Below, in pieces: positions 51,158 through 64,000 of a stretch of 64,000 nt of DNA. The DNA comes from the human T2T-CHM13v2.0 reference genome, Homo sapiens: NCBI RefSeq assembly GCF_009914755.1, contig NC_060930.1; one strand, written 5' to 3'. Numbering within the stretch: the first letter of the stretch is position 1; the number at the start of each line of letters is the position of its first letter. Made by a program: the position numbers and the translations under genes. Under the pieces are notes generated by a model. It saw nothing but the letters and a program-made list of their open reading frames with translations, was not told the origin of the DNA and did no database searches.

Positions 51158-51637
51158 TGTGTAATTAGTTTCCTGGGCCTCCTGCAACAACATAGAAAAA
51201 AATGGGTAACGTAACATTTATTCTCTCACAATTCCAGAGGCCAGAAGTCCAAAATCAAGGTGTCAGCAGGGCGATGCTCTCTGAAGGCTCTAGAGGAGAA
51301 TCCTTCCTTACCTCTTCCAAACTTGTGGCAGTTCTCAGCAGTCCTTGGTGTTCTTGGCTTGTAGATGCATCACTCCAATATCTGCCTCCATCACCCCCCA
51401 GCTGTCTTTCCTCATATGTTTTTGCATCATCTTACCTCTGCGTCTGTGTTCAAGTTTTCTTCTGCTTATGAGGACATCGGTTATATTTGTTTAGGAGCCT
51501 ACCCTATTCCAGTGTGATCTCATCTTAGTTACATCTACCATGACCTTATTTCCAAATAAGGTTACATTTTCAGACATGGTAGTTAAGACTTTAACGTATA
51601 TTTTTGGGGTTGAGAGGACACAATTCAGTTGGTAACA
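51158..51637 (-). mobile_element. MLT1-type (ERVL-MaLR) solo LTR
   Basis: atttattctctcacaattccagaggccagaagtccaaaatcaaggtgtcagcaggg ... ttatttccaaataaggttacatt ... gacacaattca. Confidence 0.85.
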
Positions 51638-52348
51638 GCTATGACAAAATTGGGTAAATTGATGAACATCTTAAAAAAAACACAGTGGAAGAGGCAGGCA
51701 CTGTAGAGTGACAAAATACATCTTTATAGAAATTCCATGTTAAAATTATTTTGTGTTATAATAATCAAATTTAAATACCTAATACATATATTACCATTAA
51801 ACAGGATAGTCAGCACTACCTAGTTTTTTAGCTGAATTTGTAATGTCCATATGTTTATGTTTCTTTAGTAATACTTGAACTAAAGGAATTTGCAAAGAAA
51901 ACCCAATAATATTAGTATTACATCAAAAAGTTACTGTGTATTTTTCTTCCATCAAGAAATAATGCTGACTTTTAAAGGTGGAGGAGTTTTTAGACTTCAG
52001 TAAACATAGGTACCCTGAAAATGTGCACTGTTGTATCTTTTCACTTTTGTATGTCAGTGCTTTGAAAAAATGGACAATGTTATCATTTTGTTTTGTCTGC
52101 TTATTAAAATTTTCTCCCTAGTGTGATGTGACTATCATTTTGCCATTTCAGTGTCATATTAGAAATGGTTGTTTTATTTACCAAATAAATTAACCAATTC
52201 GTTCAGTATTTTATATATTATTAGACGTCTAATACTTTTTAAAATTTTCTCACAGTATTAACTAGCAAAATCTATTTGATTAAGTAAAAAACAGCTTTGG
52301 GTCTGACTGAAATCCAACTATATAAGTATATAGGTTCTTACTAAGTAG

Positions 52349-52676
<328 letters not shown>

Positions 52677-54334
52677 CCCTATAACTTATATAGAAATCTG
52701 AATGGAGAATTCTGGTTTTTGTTTTGTTTTTGAAGAGCACCAAAGCAATTAAAACACTGCTTGGCACGTGGAACTATATAGGTATTCACTATTGCTTTAA
52801 TTGTCAATAATGGCTAATGGAGACTGGGACATCTAAGTTAGTGTTGTAGATTAATTGCAATCAATTAAATTATTTTTGCAAATTTGAGTATACAACCCAA
52901 AGTTTGGGGAAAAATGGAGTTGTATAGTTCTGTCTCCAAAGCCTCAACTTTTTGAGCTCTATTTGAGTTTCTGGTCCTTAGTACCAACCTTTAAACACAG
53001 CTGTCTAATTCACTAGGCTATTGGCATGCTTCCTGTTGTCCCAGATGGTGGGTCTGTCACGGAGAGATGACTGTGATCTAATTTCAGGAAAAATGATTAG
53101 AAAGTTTCCTTCCTTTTATTAATTGTCTAAATATGTCAAGATAGTAATAATTAACTGGTTAAAGACAGTGTAGCTGATTTTCTTATTCAATTAAGTAGGA
53201 AAGTTTTAAGAGTAGATTTTTTCCATGGGACTTGAAAGAGGCCAATTTTTTTGAAATGGAAAAAGATATCTTTTTCCCATGAATATATTCATGATAAAAA
53301 AGTTATCACTGAAATAAATTAACCATTTCCTTAAATTGTGTCTGACTCAGTCCATTGTATGAAACACCATATTTAGACAATTTTTAAAGATTGTTATACT
53401 TCTCCATATGATACAGAGAATTTGAAAAGCATATTTAAAGCCATTTTATCCCAAAGTCTGTCAAATAAAATTTGAGACCTTAAAAGAAATATCTATTTGG
53501 GGGAGAGAAATGAACTTACTTAACTAGGACTGATAGCAAAATCTGTGCAGTTATGGAATGTAGGGATTCTAGATATGTATATTCTAATTCTGGAATCTAG
53601 TCATTCGTAATAGCCAGTTTAGGAAAACAGTAGGGATCTTGGCCCCAGTGGGAACCACAAGCGCCACAACGGTGATACTTATCTGAACTTTTAAATGTAA
53701 AGCAGTCATTTAATTTCTTATCAGAGCTTAAAAACATAACAGATGGACTTTTTAGGGGATAATATTGTTGCCCTCACATTTCTCTTAATAGTAGGGTGTG
53801 TGTGTTAATGGATAAGGAGAAATTCTGATGCGGGGGAGAGTTCATTACAAGTTATAGAAATAATTTTGTCCCAACCAACCTCTTTAGCTATGTTAGTATT
53901 GTAGTTATCCTGTGACTGTAAACACGAGTATGACCTTAGTTTTTTTCTAAGCCACCAAACATCAGATGGAAGTGATTTTAAGAGGATATATAGGAATAGT
54001 GTAGCTATATCTTGCACAGTCATGATATCTGCATTCAGATAATTGAATGAGGCTAACACTTTGTGGTTAGTCATTAAGTCCTTTCAGGTATTTTGTGGGT
54101 TTTTTTTTTTGTTTTTTTTTGGGTTTTTTTGCTTTTCTAGAGGAATACTTTGCTACTTTTCCCTTTGTTATAAGCAGTTACGATAGCTCTTCATTCCTTT
54201 TTGTAGCTTCAAGTGGTTGGTGACCTGGTGGAAAAAGAAAGTAATTATGCAACACTGCCTTTTGTCTAGTTGGTTGTAAAATACCTACCTAGGCACACTG
54301 AACAAGAGCATCTATTCCAGCTGGGAATGGATGA

Positions 54335-54654
<320 letters not shown>

Positions 54655-55024
54655 TGGCCTGAGCCAGGTTAATTTTTCATGATAAGGACTTTTAATTGCT
54701 CAATGAGTAATCTGACTTTACTTTTGTTTCTCTCTTGGCTATTTACATTTTTAGCTTAACATTTCAAATTAGTTTCTAATATTCTAATACAGCTCATAGT
54801 TGGAAATAACGTGTGTAGATACATACACATATATGCATGCGTGCATATGCGTATTCTATACCTTAAAAGAACCTTCAAGTAAGCCTTGTAGATTTTCTTT
54901 TGATCTTTTTTTTTTTTTTATTATGGTACCTTGAGTATTCTCTCAGGAATTAGACAACTTAAAACCAGTATCTTCTTTCTCTGCATAAGTCTCACATCTG
55001 TTTACCAAATTCTTAGCATTTAGG

Positions 55025-55653
55025 TTTTTTTTTTTTTTACTTATGTATGCATATATTTTATTCTGAATTTATGCCCCTGTCGTAAGTTTTGTTTCTTCAG
55101 TTTCTTCTGGGATATCTTTTTTTTTCTGTGCAGCCACAGAACAATTATGGCTTAGGAATAATTTCTTTCCAGCGAGGATCATCTCCATGTAGCCGAGGGA
55201 GCTCACATACAAATTAATCTGACCATGAGCTCTGAAAGGACAGTGGCTAGCACATCTTGGGTGTTTGATTCACCTGGATGTGCTCAGTGACCAGAGAATT
55301 TCCATCTAAACCTCGAGTTCAGCGTTACTCCCTGTGTATTTAAACATGTTCAGGAAGAATTTAGCTTTGTTTTTGGGCTACCAACCCTGTGTCTAGCCCA
55401 CTGTTTGGCCTGGGCACACCTACCAACTCCACCCTGTAATGTCAAAATGGTACACATTGTTTCTGTAAAGTGACATCTTTCGGATAACTTGGTGATCTTT
55501 TTGTACATGCGTACCTTTAATGGCCTGGGCATTTTCACAAGTGTTCTTGAGTGAACATGACAACTTGAACCTCTTGATTTGCATGGTTTTGTGGCATTTT
55601 CCGGATCAAGAGACTATCAAACCGTTTTCACCTCAGTCCACTTACAGGGAGAG
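55025..55653 (-). pseudogene. RPL17 (uL22) processed pseudogene, full length, heavily decayed
   Basis: Intronless match to remembered RPL17 mRNA; GGVGRCAQAKQW motif in the ORF track; 3' end encodes KKKISQKKLKKQ; start decayed to ACG (55625-55623); TAA 55071-55069; poly(A) remnant 55025-55038; multiple frameshifts. Confidence 0.92.
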
Positions 55654-55728
55654 CAAGAACTGGATCGTTGAAGACTGATACGTTTTCTCATCAGGAACAA
55701 CTCAGTCTTCATTAGTATAATGACATCT

Positions 55729-56020
55729 GGGCAGGGTGGTGGCTCATGCCTGTAATCCCAGGACTTTGGGAGGCTGAAGTGGGCAGATCACTTGAGCTTA
55801 AGAGTTTGAGACCAGCCTGGGCAACATGACGAAACCCCATCTCTACAAAAAATATAAAAATTAGCCAGTCATAGTGGTGTGCACCTGTAGTCCCAACTAC
55901 TCGGGAGGCTGAGGTGGGAGGATCACTTGAGCCCAGGAAGTTGAGCCTGCAGTGAGCCATGTTTGTGCCACTACACTCTGGCCTAGGCAACAAAGGGAGA
56001 CCCTGTCTCAATAAATAAAA
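55729..56020 (+). mobile_element. AluJ
   Basis: Sense Alu, TSD about ATAATGA(C/T)ATCTG. Confidence 0.9.
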
Positions 56021-58231
56021 TATAGGATAATGATATCTGTAAATTCTCCAGTAACCAGAGATTAATACTAAATGTATACTCAGGGTAGAGGAGAGTAAGC
56101 AAGAGAATCACCTGTAATTTTCAAAGCAGTAATATTACTGAGAGCTGGCTGAAAAATATACTAACCTTCAGTCATTTTTGAGTCATTGATTCATATTCTG
56201 ATTTATTATAACCTAACAGTGCTGTTTCAAATTAGTACCCAGTGCTCTTAGTCGCTTGGGTACTGTGGTTCATTTTGTGGATTTGCTTTAGCTACTTTGT
56301 TTAGACCATCTGCCAAAAGTTAATTGAGACTGTACAAGGCTTCCAAGAGAGAGCAGATGTACCCATGGCTGAGAGTGGTACAGCAGTGGACAGGCATGTG
56401 TCCGCTATTGGCCTTTGACCTTTTTAAGCAAGGAGAAACCTTTCTTCTGTTGTGCTTTTTTGTGACTTTTGGTTTGTTAACCACTATTCTAAAATCCTTT
56501 ATATCATACTGATGAATGCAAAGTGAGGTGCTTTTTTTCAGTGAGTCAGTGTGCATGTTCAGGATTGATTCATTGGAATAAAAATAACGTTCGGCTAATT
56601 GTATATTAAGAGTACATATAGGGACATGTTAAACAGAAGGTTTCTTGGGGTGATTTTTTTAAAAACCCAAAATTTTAAACATCAGGTATTTTATCTGGTT
56701 GGGGAATTAAGCCCAGGAAAGAAAAACCTCTAGAATATTCCTACCCATACAGCCTGATGCACACCCGTGGGCCGTCTTTAATACTACAACTTATTGAGTA
56801 AATGACAATGCATAGCACTCTCAATGCCCTCGTGCCACCCTAATGATTGCTCTACCTTTCTGCTTTCAAAAGACAGTACAATCTGTAATTTACCTCTGTA
56901 AAAGGACTATTGAGACCCTAACACCTTTGCTTCTGGGTTTCCCAAATCCTTCTGTTCTTAGTTTTCATCTGTAATTAAGAATCTTTCAAGCCCCAGAGGA
57001 CAGACTCACATACTTTCCCACAAGTTGAACGATAGAAAAAACCTTGAGCCTGGGGAAAGTTAACATTGTAATGTCCATCAGTATTGGAACTTAACCTTCT
57101 TGTGCTACCACACTCCAGTTTCTGTCTAGATCCTTGAAAAAAAAAATATAAAAGGTGCACCAACATTCCTCTCCCTCTCCCAAGAGACACATGCTCTATC
57201 TCACAGGTGTGGCATATACCATTAATCTATCCCAGGACTCTACTGCTTACCCAATATTTTTCACATTTCTCCAGGCAGCCACTGTAAGTCACAGTTTTAG
57301 CATTAGATCTGAAACCTATTCTTCATCCCTGGTCATGGAGCAATTTACCACATAAAATTGTATGCCTTTATTAACAGTCGTTAATGTTAGTTTGCAGTGT
57401 CTTTTTAGTTTGTACTATACAATTTAGTACTTAGGATGATTTGTGAATTGTTACATGTTACTGCCCCTTGATTAACACCATACCAATACCATTCTTTGTC
57501 TTCACTTGCCTTGAGATGCAAAATCACATCTTGCGCAATTTAATCATTCACATGTTTATGTTCCTGAGTTAGTATTTTTAATCAGAGAGGAATACAGATA
57601 ACATTTATTAGCTCTAAATTTTATAGATGTCATAATGCCCTAATGATATTTTAGCCTTCTTTTTACCTCTGTATAGGGAAAGGAATCCTTAATGGAGTTG
57701 TTAAATGGAATAACTACAACTTTTGCCAATTGTTTTAGGTTTGACCTTGTCAAAATTGTTTTAAATCATTGTTAAAAACATACTACTACATGGCCTTTCA
57801 ACCCAGTTAATTTTTTTCAGATGTTAAAACTTTATTTTTAAAAAAATGTTAAAGGGGCAATTTATTTTTATTGAACTGCTTTGAAGGAAGAAATTTTATA
57901 AGGGAACAGAATTGAAAAGAAGTCAGAAAAAGAAAAGGACTCATACATTTGTGTTATTTCCAAAAGAAAACAAAACTAGTGAGAACCCAGTAAAAAGATT
58001 GTTTTAGAAAAGCACAAGCATTGTTTACCACCTTAATATATCCAGATTCTTTTTGAAATCAAGTTTTCGTGTTTATGAAATAATGGGCCCAGGAATGAAT
58101 ATCCAATGTGATCCAAATATATTAGACTAAAATATCCTGTGAACATGGAAATCAATGCATATGGCCTTTCTGACTTTTTAATATTGAGCACTTTCAAAGA
58201 TTGGATCCATATTGTTAAGAAATGTAAAAAC

Positions 58232-58537
58232 AGCCTGGGCACAGCGGCTCACGCCTGTAATCCTAACACTTTGAGAGGCCAAGGCAGGCAGATCACTTGA
58301 GGCCAGGAGTTCAAGACCAGGTTAGGCAACATAGTGAGACCCTGTCTCTACTAAAAGCAACTTTAAAATTAGCCAGGAGTGGTAGTGTGCACCTATAGTA
58401 CCAGCTGTTTGGGAGGCTGAGGTGGGAAGATTGCTTAAGCACAGGAGTTCAAGGCTGCAGTGAGCTACGATGGCACCACTGGGCTCCAGCCTGAGTGACA
58501 GAGTGAGACCCTGTCTCAAAACACAACAAAATAAAAG
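58232..58537 (+). mobile_element. AluJ
   Basis: Sense Alu. Confidence 0.9.
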
Positions 58538-59539
58538 AACAGTCTCATAAATATTTTCACTTTGGAACTTGACCCAGTCAGTGATTTCAAACCTAGTATT
58601 TTCAATTAATTGAAGTGTCTAGTATAATAAAATCTGATTTGCTTAATGTTGGCTCTGAAGTAATTTGACTTAATAACTTGTAACAATAGATACAGAGTTG
58701 TTTTTCTGTCTGTAGCTTAAGAAGTGAGCTGGGTATTGAAAGCCTTAGATTTGCTAACTATAATTGAATTATTTGTGTCTAGACTGCTCCTTGGCATGTT
58801 TCCAAATCATTTTTGTTTCCTTTGGGAGAATAGAGACATAACAGCTGTAGGGATGACCATGATTGCTGTGTGAACAAGTTTGTCTTCAGTAAATGTGTTT
58901 GCCTACTTGGATGTAGGCCTGCATATTATTTTTGAAGTCAGATTTTGGGTAAAGCTCATGGACTTTTTCTAAAATGCTCCCTATCTTAGACCATCAAATG
59001 AGGCGTCATGTGTGCAGGTCAGGTTGCAGTTAGAGATACATTTGAATGATGTCGCCCACATTGGTCTTTGGAATGTGGAATCTTTTTTTTTTTGTCCTTT
59101 CATTAGTACATGTAGCAGATCTGAAAGAGAATTCAGCTTGAATTTTCTCTGTTTGGAAGAGAATTGGTAATGTATCCAAAGCACTTCTCTTTTCATACTC
59201 AAGTTAACTTCAAATGGTTGTAGAGCCTACAGGGATTTTATTTAGCCATAATGAAACTGATTATGACCAACAGTTGGCTTCTAATAACAAATGTTACATT
59301 TTTGAAAATGTGCAGATTTTGAGGTTTATCACAGGTGAGAATCTGTCCTATCTGAGATTGTTGTTTCAGCATATTTTAGAGTGATACTCACGTTGAGATG
59401 CATTAGATCTCTTAAGGAAAATTGCTAAGTGCAAATTCAGTTCTGTGAGCTGCACATAAAGGTGCTTCAGTCACTTTGTGATTGTAGGAAAAAGAGAACT
59501 TTCTAGGGCATGGTTTTATAGTTTTATGTCTTTGGAGGT

Positions 59540-59706
59540 TTTTGGTTTGTTGTTACTGTTTTTAATGATTCCGCTCTGTCACCCAGGCTGGAGTGCAGTG
59601 GTACAATCATAGCTTGCTTCAGCCTTGAACTCCTGGGCTCAAGTGATCCTCCCACCTCAGCCTCTCAAGTAGCTGGGATTACAGGTGGGGGCCACTGTGC
59701 TGGCTG
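59540..59706 (-). mobile_element. Alu right-arm monomer (FRAM-like)
   Basis: Single antisense arm. Confidence 0.8.
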
Positions 59707-60684
59707 GGAGATATTTAAAGACATAAGTTTCTCTCAGATCACTTTCCTTGTTAATAATGCTGACAAATGCTAGGAGTTGTTATCTTACATCTGGTCTCTT
59801 CACTTTTATGAGTGCCATGGAACTCATAAGCTGTATTGTGAGCAAGTGTATTTTCAACCTTCTCAGGAAGTTTAAGATTGTTAAAACAAATTTTTAAGAA
59901 GTAAAGACTGTATTTAGAAGATAAAGTTGAAGGGAGATTCAATTAGTTACAACATCTTTGGATCCGTTGTTTCTTACAGTGTGCAGTAATTAAGCTTTCA
60001 GGACACAAGGTACAAATACTAGTAATAATACGGACTCATCTCCAAAAGTATAGGAAAGTTAATGTGACAGTGTTTCAAAGATGATGCCTAATTTTAAACA
60101 CCAGATTATTTTTGTGTCTTAAAAATCAAAGTTTTGATTGTAATGGATAGGGTTTGGGGTAAATAAAATATAGAAGCCTTCCTATTGAAGACTTTACAAA
60201 ATTATCATCAAATTGTATACTCTGGTTAAAAAAAGATAGATTCAATTTCTAACCTTAAAACTCTTCTTTGGGCAAACAAAAAGGTGGGTTCTCAGGGTCA
60301 GAACACTTTTCAGGATGACCCCATTTCTTAAGTTGTTGGAAATAATATTTTGATAAGGTCCTTCAGTTCCTTCTTCATGCCTCAGGTTCCTTTTGTGTAC
60401 TGTTTTGTGGAGAGCCCATAAAGAGACGAGACATACACTTGCCTTTTAAGTCTGGGAGGAGGAAAAGTATTTCTGATACCCAGTTTTGCCTTCCCGTAGG
60501 TGAATTTCACCAAGTTACTTCAAAACTTTTCTACTCACCACAACACATGCCACCTTTACCATCTTACTCCCCTCCCAGCAGAGAAACTTGCCTCTTTTCC
60601 TTATGTAACTAGTAGATGGGACTATAGTAATTTGTTTCAGTAACCTCTCAACTCATTTAAATGATCTGGTCTCTGCCTCAAGAC

Positions 60685-60911
60685 CAGTGGTTCTCAGCTA
60701 GAGTTGATTTTGCTTTTTCTCCGCCCAGGGGACAGTTAGCAGTTTTTGGAGACACTTTCTGGTTATCACAACTTGGTGTGGGGTACTGCTGGCATCCAGT
60801 GAATATTAGAGATTAGGGTGCTGCTAAATATTCTATAGCGCATAGGGTGGCACCACCCCATAACAAAGAACTGTCCCCAAATGTCCGGAGTGCCCAGGCT
60901 GGGAAACCTTG
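60685..60911 (+). mobile_element. MER20 (hAT-Charlie)
   Basis: cagtggttctca...cccaggggaca...gacactttctggttatcacaact...tgctggcatccagtg...gaaaccttg. Confidence 0.85.
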
Positions 60912-61011
60912 CTCTAGTTTTAGACATAACACGCTGTAGGTCCTGAGCAAATTTTTAATTATCCTGGTTCACTCAGAACACTGCATCATCAAATGTCTTC
61001 TCTTTCCTGTA

Positions 61012-61317
<306 letters not shown>

Positions 61318-62032
61318 TTCCTGTATTTTTTTAAAACTCTCTCTCTTCACTGACACCAGGTGTTGCTATTAATGTGCTCAAATCTCTCACTTATAAAAAA
61401 GAATAAAACCTCTCTCTTTTCTAGTTACTGGTCTGTTTATTCTTTTGTAGAATGATCTTTGGGAAGAGTGTTTTCATTTATCCCAGTCTCTTCATCTTTT
61501 ATTCCTTAGTGCACTGTCGTTGACTTTTGACCCCACCAATCCATTGAAATTTCTTTCCAAAGTCACTAGTGATCTATTGACCAAATCTAGCAGCCATTTT
61601 CATTGCTTATCTTACTTGATAGCACCACAGATTTAATGTTAGTGACTACTTTCTTGAAACTACTCCCTTGACTTTGCAGACCACTCTCCTGTGCCCATCG
61701 TCAGTGTTTCTTTTTTGAATTCTACAACTTCCCATGTGGTTCCATCTGTTCACACATGTTCATGCCCACATGAGCTCACTTAGGACCAACATACCAGTGA
61801 GTACACCATTGATACTCAGGTCTGCCTGACTTTCTACCTAGATAGCTTATAAGTATCTCAGGCTTAATCTCTATATTTTCTCTTCCTAATTCCCGCCAAA
61901 AATGTTTTCTCTTTTCCCAGTGGTTGACATTCCCATTCTTTCCATCTCCCAAGTTAGAGACTAGGAAACTATTCTCTTTTGCTCTCATCCCTTAGTAACA
62001 AAGTGGTTAGGATTTTTACTCACTAAACATAA

Positions 62033-62425
<393 letters not shown>

Positions 62426-63110
62426 TGACAAACACAACTTCTGCAATGCTTACCAGAGTAATTTTTCCAGAATTTTCCTAGGTGAAGAGAGAGCGTAGCA
62501 TCTGGAGCTTACGTTGCCAGAGTTTGAATTGAGGGCAAATCATTTTTCTTTTTGGTGCTTCAGAATTCTCAGTGGGAATGAACATGTTAGTACCAATTTT
62601 ATAAGGTTGATGTAGAGTTAAGTGACTGAGTACATGTAAAGCTCTTGAAACAGTTTCTGGGTAAATAATGTTAGCTGCTATTAGTTTATACGATCATTAA
62701 TGTTGTAATACACATCTGAACACACCTACCAAAAGTTCTTCATTTCTGTGGTAACCTACCAAATAAAATTTAAACTGCTTATTCTGACTTGCTGGACTCA
62801 TCATGACCTAACTCTGTTTACTTTTCCAGTTTCTTATCTGATCTCTGCTGTAAATACGATGTGTTTCAGCAATTTGATACCCTTAGCAGTTCCTCCAGAG
62901 TGCTTTTACTGCTTGACTGTTTCTTCTCCCTGAAATGCTGTCCCCATCTCCACCGTATAGACTCCTACTTGTTGACCTGTTTGCTTTTTTGATTTTAAGC
63001 AAATGAGCTCTTTGAGGACAGAGATCTTATTAATGCTTATGTCTGACTCATAGTACACATTTAGTAAAAATTTGTTGAAAGCATAAATGAACATTTAAAA
63101 AACGAGAAGA

Positions 63111-63683
63111 GACTGGGCACAGTACACTCCCAGCACTTTGGGAGGCTGAGGTAGGAAGATTGCTTAAGCCCAGGAGATCGAGACCAGCCTGAGCAACAAC
63201 GTAAGACTCCATCTCTACAAAAAACCTAAAAATATTAGCCAGGTATGGTGGTGTGCCCTGGTGGTTCCAGCTACTTGGGAAGCTGAGGTAGGCAGATCAC
63301 TTGAAGATCAGTTGAGCCCAGGAGGTCAAGGCTTCAGTGAGCTATGTTCACGCCTCTGCACTGCAGCCTGGGCGACAAAACGAGACCCTGTCTTTTTTTT
63401 TTTCTGAGACAGAGTCTCGTTCTGTTGCCCAAGCTGGAGTGCATGATCTCACCTCTCTGCAACCTCCGCCTCAGTACCAAGTAGCTGGGACCACAGGTGC
63501 TTGCCACCATGCCTGGCTAATTTTTTTTTTCTTTTTTTCTCTGAAGACGGGGTTTCACCATGTTGGCCAGACTGGTCTTGAACTCCTGACCTCAGGTTAT
63601 CCACCTGCCTTGGCCTCCCGAAGTGCTGGGATTACAGGCGTGAGCCACTGCACCCAGCCCAAGACCCTGTCTTCAAAACAAAA
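63111..63683. mobile_element. Sense AluJ (63111-63392) with an antisense AluS (63393-63659) inserted at its 3' end
   Basis: TSD AGACCCTGTCTT at 63383-63394 and 63662-63673; displaced AluJ tail follows. Confidence 0.9.
63362..63438 (+). ncRNA. MIR1273C: Alu-derived hairpin matching mir-1273c
   Basis: Contains GGCGACAAAACGAGACCCTGTC (63371-63392), recalled as mature miR-1273c; pairs with GACAGAGTCTCGTTCTGTTGCC across a T-rich loop. Status as a genuine miRNA is doubtful. Confidence 0.75.
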
Positions 63684-64000
63684 CCTAGAAGAATCAAACC
63701 ACTGAAATCTGGAAAAATTAGTTACTTGCTACACAAAGCCTTGCACCAGCAACTTCAGCATCACTTGGAAGCTTATGATGCTCAGAATCTTAGGCTCCAT
63801 CCCAGAGTCACCGAATCAGGATCTGCGTTTTTAAAAGATCCTCAAGTGATTCATAGGTGTGATAAAATTTAGTTGTAGTTCATTTATCTTTTCCCCAACA
63901 AACACAAGTTTTCATATATTCGAAGTCTTATTTTTGATGTTACTATAGATTAAAAGAATTTTGTAAATAAGCTTAGTGACAAGAAAAGTGAAACAAATTT

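Noticed and set aside
55350-55538. Functional RPL17-like micro-ORF
   Set aside because: Only about 12 residues are in the RPL17 frame; start codon lost and multiple frameshifts

Overview
Eukaryotic, Alu-rich primate DNA, almost certainly human chr6q25 (recognised from the protein; coordinates not verified). The + strand carries the last 16 exons of SCAF8/RBM16, a Pol II CTD-binding anti-terminator. These are exons 5-20 if numbered back from the 20-exon reference model. I traced them by hand: they splice in frame (3495 nt, 1164 codons plus TAA at 43384-43386) and encode the end of the CID, a Q-rich segment, an RS domain, an RRM, a Pro-rich region and a repeat-rich C-terminus. One intron has a GC donor. 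After the 3' UTR come about 20 kb of non-coding DNA (toward TIAM2, from recall) containing a decayed full-length RPL17 processed pseudogene and the Alu-Alu hairpin MIR1273C. I found no prokaryote-type system (CRISPR, operon) and no second intact protein-coding gene. The most unusual structures are: (1) an old fold-back inverted duplication in intron 17, with a U6 retrocopy inserted in one arm and the empty site preserved in the other; (2) a young 98-nt non-Alu/non-L1 retrocopy with a perfect 17-bp TSD in intron 19; (3) an 8 x 14-aa repeat in exon 20 containing PTBP1-RRM2-interacting-like motifs; (4) a two-piece L1 inside one TSD and a snap-back L1; (5) several candidate autoregulatory elements (GC donor inside the RRM, intronic poly(A) sites, a poison exon). 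Repeat subfamily names come from remembered consensus sequences and their boundaries are approximate.
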